Of a stretch of DNA of 64,000 nucleotides, positions 42,364 through 56,681 are shown piece after piece. Under the pieces are notes generated by a model. It ran no database searches, was not told where the DNA came from, and saw nothing but the letters and a program-made list of their open reading frames with translations. Origin of the DNA: the human T2T-CHM13v2.0 reference genome, Homo sapiens; contig CP086569.2 of the NCBI GenBank assembly GCA_009914755.4, positions 13,024,001 to 13,088,000 of the forward strand, written 5' to 3'. A program made the position numbers and the translations under genes. Within the stretch, counting starts at the first letter, position 1, and every line of letters starts with the position of its first letter.

Positions 42364-43289
42364 TAGCTAGATCTTTTTCTTCCAGGCTTTCCCAGTCCTG
42401 AAGAGATTAACAGAGAGTCTAGTACGTTTTAAAGGTCTGAAAGGAAACACTTATCTATTGTCTCTAAGGGCAGCCACTATGAGACTTTAAAAGAACCTGT
42501 GTCTCCACATTTTTTTATCTCAACCTGAACATTTCCTTTCTATCAGTACCAGGTCTTTAGACAAACTTAACCAATTGCCAACCAGAAAATGTTTAAATTT
42601 ACCTGTAGCCTGGAAGCCCCCAACACACCCCCTGCTCCAAGTTGTCCCACCTTTCTGGAGCAAACCAATGTGTTTCTTAAATGTATTTGATTGATGTCTC
42701 ATGCCTCTCTAAAATGTATAAAACCAAGGTATACCCTGACCGCTTTGGGCATGTGTTCTTCGGATCTCCTGGGGGCAATGTCACAGGCCATATTCACTCA
42801 CAATTGGCTCAGAATAAATCTCTTCAAATATTTTTACAGAGTTTAACTCTTTTTGTTGACACTATGTTGCCCAGGCTATTGCATGTAAGATATGCAGCTT
42901 CCTCAATAACTCCTGCAAAGAACATCGCTATTGTCAAACCTCACACTGTTTTGGAGATGTCTTTTTTTTTAATGTGTCTGACACCCATGGCCTCCATGGT
43001 GTCACAGGTCCCACCAATCTGGGCCCTGTGGTCTCACCCAGAAGAAATACAGCCTACAGGAAGGCTGAACCTCACACACGTCAGTCCCACAAAATCTGTT
43101 TTCTGTCTCTATACATTTGCCTTTGCAGTTCATTTCATGTAAATGAAGCCTACAATGTATGGTCTTTTGTGACTGGCTTCTTCCACATAGCATTCTGTTT
43201 TTGGGATCACACATGCTATAAGATGTCTGTACTGTTTTTCTTTTTTTTTTCTTTTTCTTTCTTTTTTAAAAGACTTTTTTAAAGCAGTT

Positions 43290-43600
43290 TTAAGTTCACA
43301 GCAAGAGTGAGCAGAAAGGTACAAAGATTTCTCATATACTCTCTGCCCCCTTCCCAAACAATCAGCCCCACTATGAACACCCCTGACTAGGGGTAGTACC
43401 TTTGTTACAACTGATGAACCCACACTGGGATATAACATCACCCCAAAGCCCAGAGTTCATATTAAGGTTTATTGTGTTGCACATTCTATGGGTTTTGACA
43501 AATACATAATCACATGTATCCACCATTATAGCCTCATACAGAACAGTTTCCCTGCTGTAAATATTCTCTGGTGCACCTGTCAGATGTGATTGAACCAGAG
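43290..43600. mobile_element. Probable ancient L1 (L1M-class) 3'UTR fragment, orientation not resolved
   Basis: ..ccccaaagcccagagttcatattaaggtttattgtgttgcacattctatgggttttgacaaatacataatcacatgtatccaccattatagcctcatacagaacagtttccctgctgtaaatattctc.. resembles a recurrent old mammalian L1 3' segment. Confidence 0.35.
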
Positions 43601-44115
43601 AAACTCCATCTTGAATAGGGGCTGGGTAAAATAAGGCTAATACCTGCTGGGCTGCATTCCTAGGAAGTTAAGACATTCTAAGTCACAGGATGAGATTGGA
43701 AATTGATATGAGATACAGGTCATAAAGACCTGGCTGATAAAACAGGTTGTAGTAGAGAAGCTGCCAAAGCCCACCAAAACAAGGATGCTGATGAGAGTGA
43801 CCTCTGGGCATCCTCACTGCTATACTTCCACCAGCGCCATGAAGGTCAGGAAGTTACCCTATGTGGTCTAAAAGGGGGAGGCATGAAAATCCACCCCTTG
43901 TTTACCATATCATCAAGAAATAACCATAAAAAATGGGTCACCAGCAGCCCTCAGGGCTGCTCTATCTATGGAGTAGCCATTCTTTATTCATTTACTTTCT
44001 TAATAAACTTGCTTTCACTTTTCTTTGTGGACTCACCCAGAATTCTTTCTTCTATGAGTTCCAAGAACCCTCTCTTGGGGCCTGGGTTGGACCTCTTTTC
44101 CAGTAACATTAACAC
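43600..44115 (+). mobile_element. Possible solo LTR of an ERV1-type element (unassigned family)
   Basis: Contains LTR-like R-region signature ..ctttattcatttactttcttaataaacttgctttcacttttctttgtggactcacccagaattctttc.. (AATAAA followed by gctttcac, common to many ERV1 LTRs) preceded by ~400 bp non-coding unique-looking sequence. Confidence 0.35.
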
Positions 44116-45113
44116 TTCCAGCAGGCTCCTAGCATGCCCTACGTTAGGACTTAATTCTCAGTAATACTGCGTTGGCAAGTCAAGAGCCACTTTGGGCCTT
44201 CCTGCCATTTTTTTTAAGCACCAGGATTGCTCCTTCTGGCTGGGGACAGAAGAAAATATCTTGCAGCTGAAGTACTGCAACAGAGACTGTTGCTTGGATA
44301 CCTTCAGAGCCTTTGGGTTTTTTCCTAATTCTTTCTTAAGTGTATCTGCCAAACAGAGCCCAGCTGAGCCTGTGTTCTTATCAAAGTCTCCCCAGCCACT
44401 TGATAGAAGCCTCCAGCACTTTTTAAAATCTCCCTCCCTTCTCTCCACCTCTGTTGGTGAGCTCATCATCAAAGCCTTTCCCTGTTTATCAATATATTTT
44501 GGTTCTTTTTCAGTGTGCAAAGCTACCATCATCTGGCCGCCCAATGGGGTTATCCAGCTAAGTTCTCTAAGCAATGGAACTGTTTTCCAAGGGTCAGTTA
44601 TACATGTGGAATTTTAAAACACTGGACAGTAAAGCCACATTGTAAACACACTAAACATTAGTGAATTCCAATGCAAGAATATCTGCTCTTTCGGGCTGAT
44701 GATTTTGCAATGGCTTGAGTTTAAAGTAAAACATTAGTTAACAGATCTGATATGCTGTAGGAAAGAAACGATTGGTTTTTGTGGGGTGATGGGGGTGGGG
44801 AGTGGTTACTTGACTTTTCAGGGGAAACGTATAGGAGAAACTCCTCCACTTCTCCTAAGAAACCTCTCCAACTCCCACGCTCATCTTTTCCTCATCCCAA
44901 GGGAGAAGAAATGACTTTTTCTTTTAGGAAAGTTGGATCCCAAACTGAGCATGTCCTCATTCTGATCTGCTGTCAGGGAATGGCCGTGGCCTGTCTTCCC
45001 TTCTGTCTTAATCCTGAGGGCAGCAGATTCTGCCTCTATACTGAGATTTCTTCTTCTACACAAAGCAACCAAGACGAGTTCAAACTCCCTAGCACAATTT
45101 CCACTGACCTGGT

Positions 45114-45473
45114 GTATTAGTCCGTTTTCATTCTGCTGCTAAAGACATAGCTGAGCCTGGGTAATTTACAAAGAAAAAGAGGCTTAAAGGAATAATGGTT
45201 CCATGTGGCCAGTGAGGCCTCACAATCACGGTGGAAGGCAAAAGGCATATCTTATGTGGCAGCAGGCAAGAGACAATGAGAGTCAATGGAAGAGGAAACC
45301 CCTTATAAAACCAGCAGATCTTGTGAGACTTATTCACTATCATGAGAACGGTATGGAGGAAGTCACTCCCATGATTCAATTATCTCCCACCAGGTTCCTC
45401 CCACAACACATAGAATTATGGGAGCTACAATTCAAGATGAGATTTGGGTGGGGACACAGCCAAACCATATCAC
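45114..45473 (-). mobile_element. ERVL-MaLR solo LTR (THE1 family), antisense
   Basis: tgtattagtccgttttcattctgctgctaaagacatagctgagcctgggtaatttacaaagaaaaagaggcttaaagg..ccatgtggccagtgaggcctcacaatcacggtggaagg...tctcccaccaggttcctcccacaacacatagaattatgggagctacaattcaagatgagatttgggtggggacacagccaaaccatatca. Confidence 0.85.
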
Positions 45474-45734
45474 CTGGGTTGGGTTGCAAGCTGAAAGATC
45501 ATATCCCTTGATCTATCTCCTATTTTCTTCTTCTATTTCATCCAATAAACTTTTCCAGAAGTTCATAGTAGGCAAAATAATCCTGCAGTTTTGTCCCAGA
45601 AAGATGCTCAACTATAAGAGCAGAGAGGACAGAAAATATTTGGCCGCAATGTCACATAAGTAAGCAGGGAAGTCTGAGATCAAAGGTTTGGCAGGTTGTG
45701 CAGAGTCTAGATTTTATGAGAAAGAAAGTATGTT

Positions 45735-45895
45735 TGTGTATATATATAAATATGCACACACATATTTTACATATATATATATATGCATAAATTGTATGCA
45801 TATATACATATTTTATGTATCTATACATACACATACATAAATGTATGTATGTGTACATATGTATAGACACACATATTATATATATGTATATGGAG
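45735..45895. repeat. TA/CA-rich low-complexity microsatellite block
   Basis: tatatatataaatatgcacacacatattttacatatatatatatatgcataaattgtatgcatatatacatattttatgtatctatacatacacatacataaatgtatgtatgtgtacatatgtatagacacacatattatatatatgtatatgg. Confidence 0.75.
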
Positions 45896-45920
45896 AAAAG
45901 ATAGGCAAAGTTGGTTCCTA

Positions 45921-46298
45921 TATTAGTCTGTTCTCACACTGCTGTGAAGAAATACCCAAGACTGGGTAATTTATGGAGGAAAGAGGTTTAATTGTCTCAG
46001 TCAATTCTGCATGGCTGGGGAGGCCTCAGGAAACTTAACATCATGGCAGAAGGTGAAAGAGAAGTAGGCACCTTCTTCATAGGGCGGCAGGATGGAGTTA
46101 GTGCAAACAGAGGAAATGCCAAACTCTTATAGTACTATCAGACCTTGTGAGAACTCACTCACTATCACAAGAACAGCATATGGGGGAAATTATCCCCATG
46201 ATACAATTGCCTCCACCTGGTTCTGCCCTTGACATGTCGGGATTATGGGGATTACAATTTGAGGTATTTGGGCAGGGACACAGAGCCAAAACTTGTCA
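45921..46298 (-). mobile_element. ERVL-MaLR solo LTR (MST/THE1 family), antisense
   Basis: tattagtctgttctcacactgctgtgaagaaatacccaagactgggtaatttatggaggaaagaggtttaattg..ctgcatggctggggaggcctcaggaaacttaacatcatggcagaaggtgaaag...gattatggggattacaatttgaggtatttgggcagggacacagagccaaaacttgtca. Confidence 0.8.
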
Positions 46299-46477
46299 GT
46301 TCCTCCAACAGTCTCTGAAGGAGAGACTGTCCCATTGTTCCTCCCTCTCTTCTGGTGGTTTGCTGGTGATCTTGAGCACTGTTTGGTTTTAGAAACATCA
46401 GTCCTATCTCAGCCTTCATCTCCCCATGACATTTTCCCTGGGTGTGTGTCTGTGTCCTAATTGTCCCCCTCATTTTT

Positions 46478-46610
46478 TTTCTTAAGTATAGAGATGGGGT
46501 CCCACCATCTTGGCCAGGCTGGTCTCAAACTCCTGACCTCAAGTGATCCACCCACCTGGGCCTCCCAAAGTGCTGGGATTACAGGCATGGGCCACTGCAC
46601 CCAGCCCAAA
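46478..46610 (-). mobile_element. Partial Alu (one monomer), antisense
   Basis: tttttttcttaagtatagagatggggtcccaccatcttggccaggctggtctcaaactcctgacctcaagtgatccacccacctgggcctcccaaagtgctgggattacaggcatgggccactgcacccagccc. Confidence 0.7.
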
Positions 46611-47118
46611 TTCCATCTTTTTATTAGGACACCAGTACTTGGATTTAGAACCCACCCAAATGACTTCATTTTAACCTGATGACATCTACAGAGACCTCAC
46701 TTCCAAAGGTCACATTTACAGGTATTGGGGGTTAGCAATTTATCACATGAATTTGGGGGACAGGAGGTCACTATTCAAACCATAATCATGTGTTGTCCTT
46801 AAAGAAGAACATTGGTAATTATGCCAAGTGATAGAATTGCATATATCATAATATTTCATTTCTGGTAGAAAACTTATTTACATCTGAATTATCTACAGTG
46901 AACACATGTAGTCTAGTACTTCCATCTGTGGCTGGGGAAGGAATTCCAATCCAGATGCGAGGTTTCACAGCATGGCTTTCAGCAGCCAGGGGCATGGAGT
47001 AACTGGCAGATTCAGCTGTTACTCTCAGGATGGACATGAGACTCTATTCGTTCAATCCTCCCTGTACAAAGAGCATCCTTAAGAGAAAGACCAGAGCTCA
47101 AAGAGTGAAGATTTATAA

Positions 47119-47457
<339 letters not shown>

Positions 47458-47567
47458 CTGGGAATTAAAAATTTATGTGTATGTGTGTTATTTACCAATA
47501 TTAAAGTGAAGTTTTTATTCCAAATGAAATAATAGTTTTAAAAGACCCCCCATTAACCTGAATTTTT

Positions 47568-47885
47568 TGTTTGTTTGTTTGTTTTGATTTTAGAGTCAGG
47601 GTCTCACTCCATCCCCCAAGCAGGAGTGCAGTGGTGTGATCATGGCTCAATGCAGCCTCGATCTCCCATGCTTGGCAGCGATCCTCCTGCCTCAGCCTCC
47701 TGAATAGCTGAGACTATAGGTGAGTGTCACCATGACTAGTTAATTTTTTAATATTTAGTTTTTTTGTAGAGATGAGGTCTCAGTATGTTGCCCAGGCTAC
47801 TCACAAACTTCTGGCCTCCAGCAATCCCCTGACTCTGGCCTCCCAGAATACTAGGACCACAGGCATGAGTCACTGCACCCAGCCT
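47568..47885 (-). mobile_element. Alu SINE, full-length, antisense, diverged (small internal insertion)
   Basis: tttgtttgtttgtttgttttgattttagagtcagggtctcactccatcccccaagcaggagtgcagtggtgtgatcatggctcaatgcagcctcgatctcc...gagatgaggtctcagtatgttgcccaggctactcacaaacttctggcctccagcaatcccctgactctggcctcccagaatactaggaccacaggcatgagtcactgcacccagcc. Confidence 0.8.
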
Positions 47886-48198
47886 GACTTTCTTATAAAC
47901 ACTATTTTGATATCTTTCATTACCTTTTCTTTTATAGGCACTCTCCATTCTTTCATACATCTCTGTAGTGAAATAAGTATCGGCATAGACATCTTAACAT
48001 CTGCTCTGCTAAGAATCCTCCTCAAAACTAACATAAGTAATAAATAGATAATTGTGTTTATGGGTATTTCCTTAAATGTCAACTTTGTTCCAGGGTGTAT
48101 GTCCAAATGTAAAGTCAGCTTAGGAATATGGAATGATGTTGTGCTTTGTCTCATAAGAGAAATCTCCAGAATGCTTCTGACTTCCAAAGATTATGTTG

Positions 48199-48505
48199 GC
48201 CAGCTGGGCATGATGGTTCATGCCTGTAATCTCATCACTTTGAGAGGCCAAGGCAGGTGGATCACTTGACAGCAGGAGTTTGAGACGATCCTGGCCAACA
48301 TAGCAAAACCCTGTCTCTACTAAAAATACAAAAATTAGCCAGGCATTGTGGCACACGAGTGTCATCCTATCTACTCAGGAGACTGAGGCAGGGCAATTGC
48401 TTAAACCCTGGAGTTTGAGGCTGCAATGAACTATGATTGCACCACTGCACTCTATCCTGGGCCACAGAGCAAGACCCTGCCTTAAAAAACAAAACAAACT
48501 AATAA
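48199..48505 (+). mobile_element. Alu SINE, full-length
   Basis: ggccagctgggcatgatggttcatgcctgtaatctcatcactttgagaggccaaggcaggtggatcacttgacagcaggagtttgagacgatcctggccaacatagcaaaaccctgtctctactaaaaatacaaaaattagccaggcattgtggcacacgagtg...gaggctgcaatgaactatgattgcaccactgcactctatcctgggccacagagcaagaccctgcc. Confidence 0.85.
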
Positions 48506-48796
48506 CAAAGACTATGCTGCCAGTACTGATGGGTGAAAGAGATTCATGCCCATCTCTCATGCCCATCCTCCAAGAGGTTTCCTTGGTATACCAAACTTCT
48601 CCTACCATCCCACCTGGGGCCCTTTACTATTTCCTGAGACCCCCATTCCTACCCTGTAGTTGTTCACTGCTTCCTACAGAGCTGAGACAAATTCCTCTTC
48701 TTCAGGCTTAGTCCTGGACTGTGTCTGTTCTTTGATGTTATCTTAAAAATTTGAAGTTCACAAAATATTTTTTTGCTTTGAAGAAAACATATATCC

Positions 48797-49197
<401 letters not shown>

Positions 49198-49507
49198 TCA
49201 TGAAACTGGACTGCATACATTAGTGGGGGATGTCGAATTGTTAGAAGGGTAGGAGCGTTTGCATAGTGAGACTCCAAGAGCAGTTCAGATGTGTTCCTGT
49301 TTTGTTTTGTTTTTTACTACCTACACCTCATGGCTAGCCTAGATAATGCGTTGTCAGTATTAGAGGGAGGAATGCCTGAAAATACTAGAAATTGATACTA
49401 GAATGGCTAGAACCACTAATGAGAATGGGTTACACTGAGTTGGGTGATGCCCAAAAATGCAACAAAGGAACATGTATGATTTGACCTCAGTAAGGAAAAG
49501 AAACATT

Positions 49508-49790
49508 TCTTTTTTTTTTTTTTTTTTTTTGCTTTTTGAGAAAAGGTGTTGCTTTCTTACCCAGGCTGGAGTACAGTGCTGCAATCACTGGTCACTGCAG
49601 CCTCAATTTCCTGCTAGGACCACAGGCATGTGCACCACCAAGCTCAGTTAACTTTTTTTTTTTTTTTTCCACAGAGATGGTGTCTCCTCGTGTTGCCCAG
49701 ACTGGTGGTTTTGAATTCCTGGACTCAAGCCATTCACACTCCTTAGCCTCCCAATGTGTTAGAATTACAGACATGAGCTACAGTATGTGA
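49508..49790 (-). mobile_element. Alu SINE, antisense, diverged, with long internal poly-T/linker
   Basis: tttttttttttttttttttttgctttttgagaaaaggtgttgctttcttacccaggctggagtacagtgctgcaatcactggtcactgcagcctcaatttcctgc...ttttttttttttttttccacagagatggtgtctcctcgtgttgcccagactggtggttttgaattcctggactcaagccattcacactccttagcctcccaatgtgttagaattacagacatgagctac. Confidence 0.7.
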
Positions 49791-51731
49791 CCAGAAGGAA
49801 AACATTTCTAAAATAGGAAAGACTTGCTCACATGGCACAGGCACTGTGGGGCATTTGAAGTAGGCAGAGTGAGGCCAGAGGGTTGTGTTTTTGAGGAAGC
49901 CTGGTTACTGAAAGAAACAACTACCAGAGCCCCCCAAACAAGCTTCCACTATACTTTACTCAGCATTTTTGCAAAGACCCCACTCTGTCAAGAAAGCTTC
50001 AGCCTGTTAATCACCAAATCATGCTTGAGCTAGAGGCTGAAGTGGAACATTGCAAAGCCCTGTTGTAATAAAACCAGGAATAAGATCATCAACCCTCATT
50101 GTCTGGTTCATAGACTTTCTTCTGGGATGAGATGCCCACATCTTACCATCTCAGTCATAGATTGCTTTTCCTGGATGGAGATGCTCACGACCCAACATTC
50201 GGTCATAGATTACTTTTCCCTGAAATCATAACAGCACCACCCACCAACACAGTCAGAGATTGTACTCTATTATTATTTATTGTAAGAACATCCCGGTCCT
50301 TTCCCCTTGATTTTAGATATATAGTTATGAATAAATAACCCAGTGGCCTTACAACATTGACATATTTCCAAGTAGAGAAATCTTCCAAAAATCTTCAAAT
50401 AGGCATTGTCATTACTTAGAATAAGACAGAGCATTTATGTAGTTATTTGCTTTTTTGAGACCATGGGCAGCCTACATGTATAACTTGAAAATGAGGAATT
50501 GCAAAAAGGAAAATGTAAACCAAAATGTAATACATTCAGTACAGAAAGAGATAGCGATCATTGCCTTAAGTAAAGCGAGTGACTCATACAACAAATGCTG
50601 ACTTGAATGGAGGTGTGAACATATCCAGATACATGCAGTGTGTCACACAAGCATCTAATGAAATGAAACAAAGCAAATAAAAGACCTAAGTCCAAGCTGC
50701 AATATATATTGTAGATGCATAACCATGGTTAGAGGAGAAAATACGCTACCCAGCTGAGAGAACCCTATAATTCCAAGAATTTGCACCTCTTTTTATAGAA
50801 ATGAACTCCTTAATCCATTTGAGTCAGGAAACATTCAATTCACTTACATTTTATGACTCTGTAAACTCAAAAATTATCTCTCAATTCACTTATGTTTTAT
50901 GGCTCTGTAAACTCAAAAATTCTCTCCCTAATTATAAATTAGCTTTGCATATATACTTCCAAATTGGAGAATATGATTGCCTTAGATTGATGCCTAGCAG
51001 TTAAAATGTTTACTGAATCAACATTATAAATGAACTTGAATAAACATATAGCTGACATTTTGGTTGTCATTCAGAATATTTTGCATGCAAACAAATGAAT
51101 TCAGCATAAGGTAGTATTATGGAATTCAACAAACTAAAAACATAATTTTGACCTTATTTAGTACAGATAAATAGAATATATACAGTTAACATAAAATATA
51201 TTCTCTGGATTAAAAACAACCTAATCTAACAGTAAAAACATAATTTTCTGGATTAAAAAAATTTAGTACGTTTTCTCTAAGATTTTGGATGAAGCTTATC
51301 CAGTGATAACTGATCCCATCTCACCACTTTTCCAGGTGTTTATAAGTCAGCTACCATAATGGCCAGTGGTCTTACCTTCAACTCCTTCATTCACTCACCA
51401 AGACAAAGGGGAGTAGAACCAAAAAGAGTCATTAGCAATGTCACCAGTTTGCATGCAGTGGCTCAACTCAAGCTGTTAAAGATGCATAGGAGAAGATCCT
51501 ATATACAAAAGTGGAACTTTGTAAACTATATCTTCTCCAAGAGCCTGAAGGAATTATTGCATTGACATTCTGTGAAGAACGACAATTTGGTTAAAAACTA
51601 ATTTTGATTTCAGCTCCATGAAAAACTGTTCCCTAAAACAAGGGGTCGATTGATTAAAATAACGAAAGAAAAGAAAATCAGAATAATAACAGAGTAATTG
51701 GCAGGCGTATACAATAGACTTTTTTTCTTTC

Positions 51732-54665
51732 TTTTATATATATATTTTTTTATTATACTTTAGGTTCAAGGGCACATGTGCACAACGTGCAGGTTTGTTA
51801 CATAGGTATACATGTGCCATATTGGTGTGCTGCACCCATTAACTAGTCATTTACATTAGGTATATCTCCTAATGCTATCCCTTCCCCATTTCCCCATCCC
51901 ACAACAGGCCCCATTGTGTGATGTTCCCCTTCCAGTGTTCAAGTGTTCTCATTTCTCAGTTCCCACCTATGAGTGAGAACATGTGGTGTTTCATTTTCTG
52001 TCCTTGAGATAGTTTGCTGAGAATGACGGTTTCCAGCTTCATCTATGTCCCTACAAAGGACAAGAACTCATCATTTTTTATGGCTGCATAGCATTCCATG
52101 GTGTATATGTGCCACATTTCCTTAATCCAGTCTATCATTGGTGGACATTTGGGTTGGTTCCAAGTCTTTGTTATTGTGAATAGCACCACAATAAACATAC
52201 ATGTGCATGTCTCTTTAAAGCAGCATGATTTATAATCCTTTAGGTATATACCCCATAATAGGATAGCTTGTTCAAATGGTATTTCTAGTTCTAGAGCCTT
52301 GAGGAATTGCCACACTGTCTTCCACAATGGCTGAACTAGCTTACAGTTCCACCAACAGTGTAAAAGTTTTCCTAATTCTCCACATCCTCTCCAGCACCTG
52401 TTGTTTCCTGACTTTTTAATGATCTTCATTCTAACTGGTGTGTGATGGTATCTCATTGTGGTTTTGACTTGCATTTCTCTGTTGGCCAGTGATGATGAGC
52501 ATTTTTTCATGTGTCTTTGGCTGCATAAATGTCTTCTTTTGAGAAGTGTCTGTTCATATCCTTCGCCCACTTGTTGATGGAGTTCTTTGTCTTTTTTCTT
52601 GTAAATTTGTTTGAATTCTTTGTAGATTCTGGATATTAGCCCTTTGTCAGATGAGTAGACTGCAAAAATTTTCTCCCATTCTGTAGGTTGCCTGTTCACT
52701 CTGAGGGTAGTTTATTTTGCTGTGCAGAAGCTCTTTAGTTTAATTAGATCCCATTTGCTAATTTTGGAATTTGTTGCCATTGCTTTTGACGTTTTTATTC
52801 ATGAAGTCCTTGTCCATGCCTATGTCCTGAATGGTATTGCCTAGGATTTCTTCTAGGGTTTTTATGGTTTTAGGTCTAAAATTTAAGTCTTTAATCCATC
52901 TTGAATTGATTATTGTATAAGGTGTAAGGAAGGGATCCAGTTTCAGCTTCCTACATATGGCTAGCCAGTTATCCCAGCACCATTTATTAAATAGGAAATC
53001 CTTTCCCCATTTATTGTTTTTGTCAGGTTTGTCAAAGATCAAATAGTTGTAGATGTGTGATATTATTTCTGAGGGCTCTGTACTGTTCCATTGGTCTGTA
53101 TCTCTGTTTTGGTACCAGTACCATGCTGTTTTGGTTACTGTAGCCTTGTAGTACAGTTTGAAGTCAGGTAGCATGATGCCACCAGCTTTGTTCTTTTGGC
53201 TTAGGATTGTCTTGGCAATGTGGGCTCATTTTTGGTTCCATATGAACTTTAAAGTAGTTTTTTCCAATTCTGTGAAGAAAGCCTTGGTAGCTTGATGGGG
53301 ATGGCATTGAATCTATAAATTACCTTGAGCAGTATGGCCATTTTCACAATATTGATTCTTCCTATCCATGAGCATGGAACGTTCTTCCATTTGTTTGTAT
53401 CCTCTTTTATTTTGTTGAGCAGTGGTTTGTAGTTCTCCTTGAAAAGGCCCTTCACATCCCTTGTAACTTGGATTTCTAGGTATTTTATTCTCTTTGAAGC
53501 AATTGTGAATGGGAGTACATTCATGATTTGGCTCTCTGTTTGTCTGTTATTGGTGTATAAGAATGCTTGTGATTTTTGCACATTGATTTTGTATCCTGAG
53601 ACTTTGCTGAAGTTGCTTATCAGCTTAAGGAGATTTTGGGCTGAGATGATGGGCTTCTCTAGATATACAATTCATGTCATCTGCAAACAGGGACAATTTG
53701 ACTTCCTCTTTTCCTAATTGAATACCCTTTATTTCTTTCTCCTGCCTGATTGCCCTGGCCAGAACTTCCAACACTATGTTAAATAGGAATGATGAGAGAG
53801 GCATCATGGTTTTGTGCCAGTTTTCAAAGGGAATGCGTCCAGTTTTTGTCCATTCAGTATGATATTGGCTGTGGGTTTGTCATAAATAGCTCTTATTATT
53901 TTGAGATATGTCCCATCAATATCTAATTTACTGAGACTTTTTAGCATGAAGGGCTGTTGAATTTTTGTCAAAGGCCATTTCTGCATCTATTGAGATAATA
54001 ATGTGGTTTTTGTCTTTGGTTCTGTTTATATGCTGGATTATCTTTATTGATTTGTGTATGTTGAACCAGCCTTGCATCCCCGGGATGAAGCCCACTTGAT
54101 CATGGGGGATAAGCTTTATGATGTGCTGCTGGATTCGGTTTGCCAGTATTTTGTTGAGGATTTTCACATCAATGTTCGTCAGGGATATTGGTCTAAAATT
54201 CTCTTTTTGTTGTTGTGTCTCTCCCAGGCTTTGGTATCAGGATGATGCTGGCCTCACAAAATGAGTTAGGGAGGCTTGTCTCTTTCTCTATTGATTGGAA
54301 TAGTTTCAGAAGGAATGGTACCAGCTCCTCCTTGTACCTCTGGTAGAATTTGGCTGTGAATCCATCTGGTCCTGGACTCTTTTTTGGTCGGTAAGCTATT
54401 AATAATCACCTCAATTTCAGAGCCTGTTATTGGTCTATTCAGAGATTCAACTTCTTCCTGGTTTAGACTTGGGAGGGTGCATGTGTCAAGGAATTTATCC
54501 ATTTCTTCTAGGTTTTCTAGTTTATTTGCATAGAGGTGTTTATAGTATTCTCTGATGGTAGTTTGTATTTCTGTGGGATTGGTGGTGATATCCCCTTTAT
54601 GATTTTTTATTGCATCTATTTGATTCTGCTCTCTTTTCTTCATTAGTCTTGCTAGTGGTCTATCA
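51732..54665 (-). mobile_element. L1 (L1PA-type) insertion, direct (sense-on-minus) 3' segment: ORF2 from ~codon 382 through 3'UTR and poly-A (poly-T on plus strand); part of a twin-primed L1 together with 54666-55620
   Basis: Plus strand begins ttttatatatatatttttttattatactttaggttcaagggcacatgtgcacaacgtgcaggtttgttacataggtatacatgtgcc.. (reverse complement of L1 3' terminus); minus ORFs 52043-52699 (..[26 protein letters not shown]..), 52758-53174, 53249-53581, 53625-53807 (..[38 protein letters not shown]), 53928-54167, 54266-54643 (..[32 protein letters not shown]..); segment ends ..cattagtcttgctagtggtctatca (IDRPLARL). Confidence 0.92.
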
Positions 54666-55625
<960 letters not shown>

Positions 55626-56127
55626 TAGTCTTTTTTCTTTCACGTCTTCCCTCAATGATTACTTTGCCATGGAACAATGATCTGCTGATTCAGGTAGCAA
55701 GATTGTTGTATTTCAGAGAAAAATTGTCGTATTTCAGGGGAAATACTGAGATCAGGCTACAGGGTAGTTGAGGTAAAAATAAAGTCGGAGGAGTCAAAAA
55801 CAATACCAGAAATGTGGAATCTGTTAGAAGATTTCTCATTCCTTCTGTTCGTCACTGAGACCAGCACGATCTGATGTTAGACCAGTGACAGAGCCATCAT
55901 GCTGACTTATTTCTTTCTTTTATTGCAAGGAAGTTTGGTTCTGGGAATGAGAAGCTTAAGTAACACGTGTAAAATTCCTAATCTTTCACAGGTCAGCCTT
56001 CACTGTTCATTAAGTACTTTAGGATCTTGTGCTTTGAGTCAGTGGCTGGGAAAGTTCACTTCACTTCCCAAAATGGATTTCATAATTCCATTAGCAGATC
56101 CCCTTGGCTGAACACAGTTACCACTGA

Positions 56128-56165
56128 AGTTCCTTTTCTCTTTCTCTCTCTCTCTCTCTCTCTCT
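56128..56165. repeat. (CT)n microsatellite
   Basis: ctctttctctctctctctctctctctcttc. Confidence 0.85.
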
Positions 56166-56236
56166 TCAAATTCAGTCCTTTTCTCTCTGGATATTCTCAT
56201 TTCATGAAGTCTGGATTTCTTTTAAAACCTTCTATG

Positions 56237-56535
56237 GCCAGGTGCGGTGGCTCACGCCTGTAATCCCAGCACTTTGGGAGGCTGAGGTGGGTGGATCACG
56301 ATGTCAGGAGTTCAAGACAAGCCTGGCCAACTTGCTGAAACCCTGTCTCTACTAAAAATACAAAAAAATTAGCCAGGCATGGCAACGGGTGCCTGTAATC
56401 CCAGCTACCAGGGAGGCTGAGGCAAAGAGTTGCTTGAACCCAGGAGGCGGAGGTTGCAGTGAGCCGAGATCACGCCACTACACTCCAGCCTGGGTGACAG
56501 AGTGAGACTCTGTCTCAAAAACAAAAACAAAATAA
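56237..56535 (+). mobile_element. Alu SINE, full-length
   Basis: ggccaggtgcggtggctcacgcctgtaatcccagcactttgggaggctgaggtgggtggatcacgatgtcaggagttcaagacaagcctggccaacttgctgaaaccctgtctctactaaaaatacaaaaaaattagccaggcatggcaacgggtgcctgtaatcccagctaccagggaggctgaggcaaagagttgcttgaacccaggaggcggaggttgcagtgagccgagatcacgccactacactccagcctgggtgacagagtgagactctgtctc. Confidence 0.88.
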
Positions 56536-56681
56536 AACCCTCTATTAAGGAGTTACATGGAATAGGTAATATTCTGTATAAAATGCACTTTATACTTATT
56601 CCTGACTTAAAGTGGCAACTCAGTCAGCTGACATTTTCCGAGAGTGAATCATTTTTTTATGCCTGAATGAAAATTCACCTT

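Noticed and set aside
41865-42370. Cluster of overlapping GC-rich ORFs on both strands (134, 125, 92, 77, 70 aa)
   Set aside because: They lie entirely within the GC-rich U3 portion of the LTR12 solo LTR. They are Pro/Ala/Gly-rich read-through with no homology I recognise, so they are a composition artefact.
44158-44617. Reciprocal 138-aa (minus) and 141-aa (plus) ORFs in apparently unique sequence
   Set aside because: There are no recognisable domain motifs and both strands are open, which is typical of chance in this base composition. There are no splice or Kozak features I can support. They are left uncalled.
45114-46298. Two same-orientation MaLR LTRs ~450 bp apart as the 5' and 3' LTRs of one internally deleted THE1 element
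   Set aside because: - The two LTRs differ substantially in sequence. The first is THE1-like (..ccatgtggccagtgaggcctcacaatcac..) and the second MST-like (..ctgcatggctggggaggcctcaggaaactta..).
- The spacer is mostly TA/CA microsatellite with no recognisable internal sequence.
- There is no shared target-site duplication.
- They are treated as independent solo LTRs.
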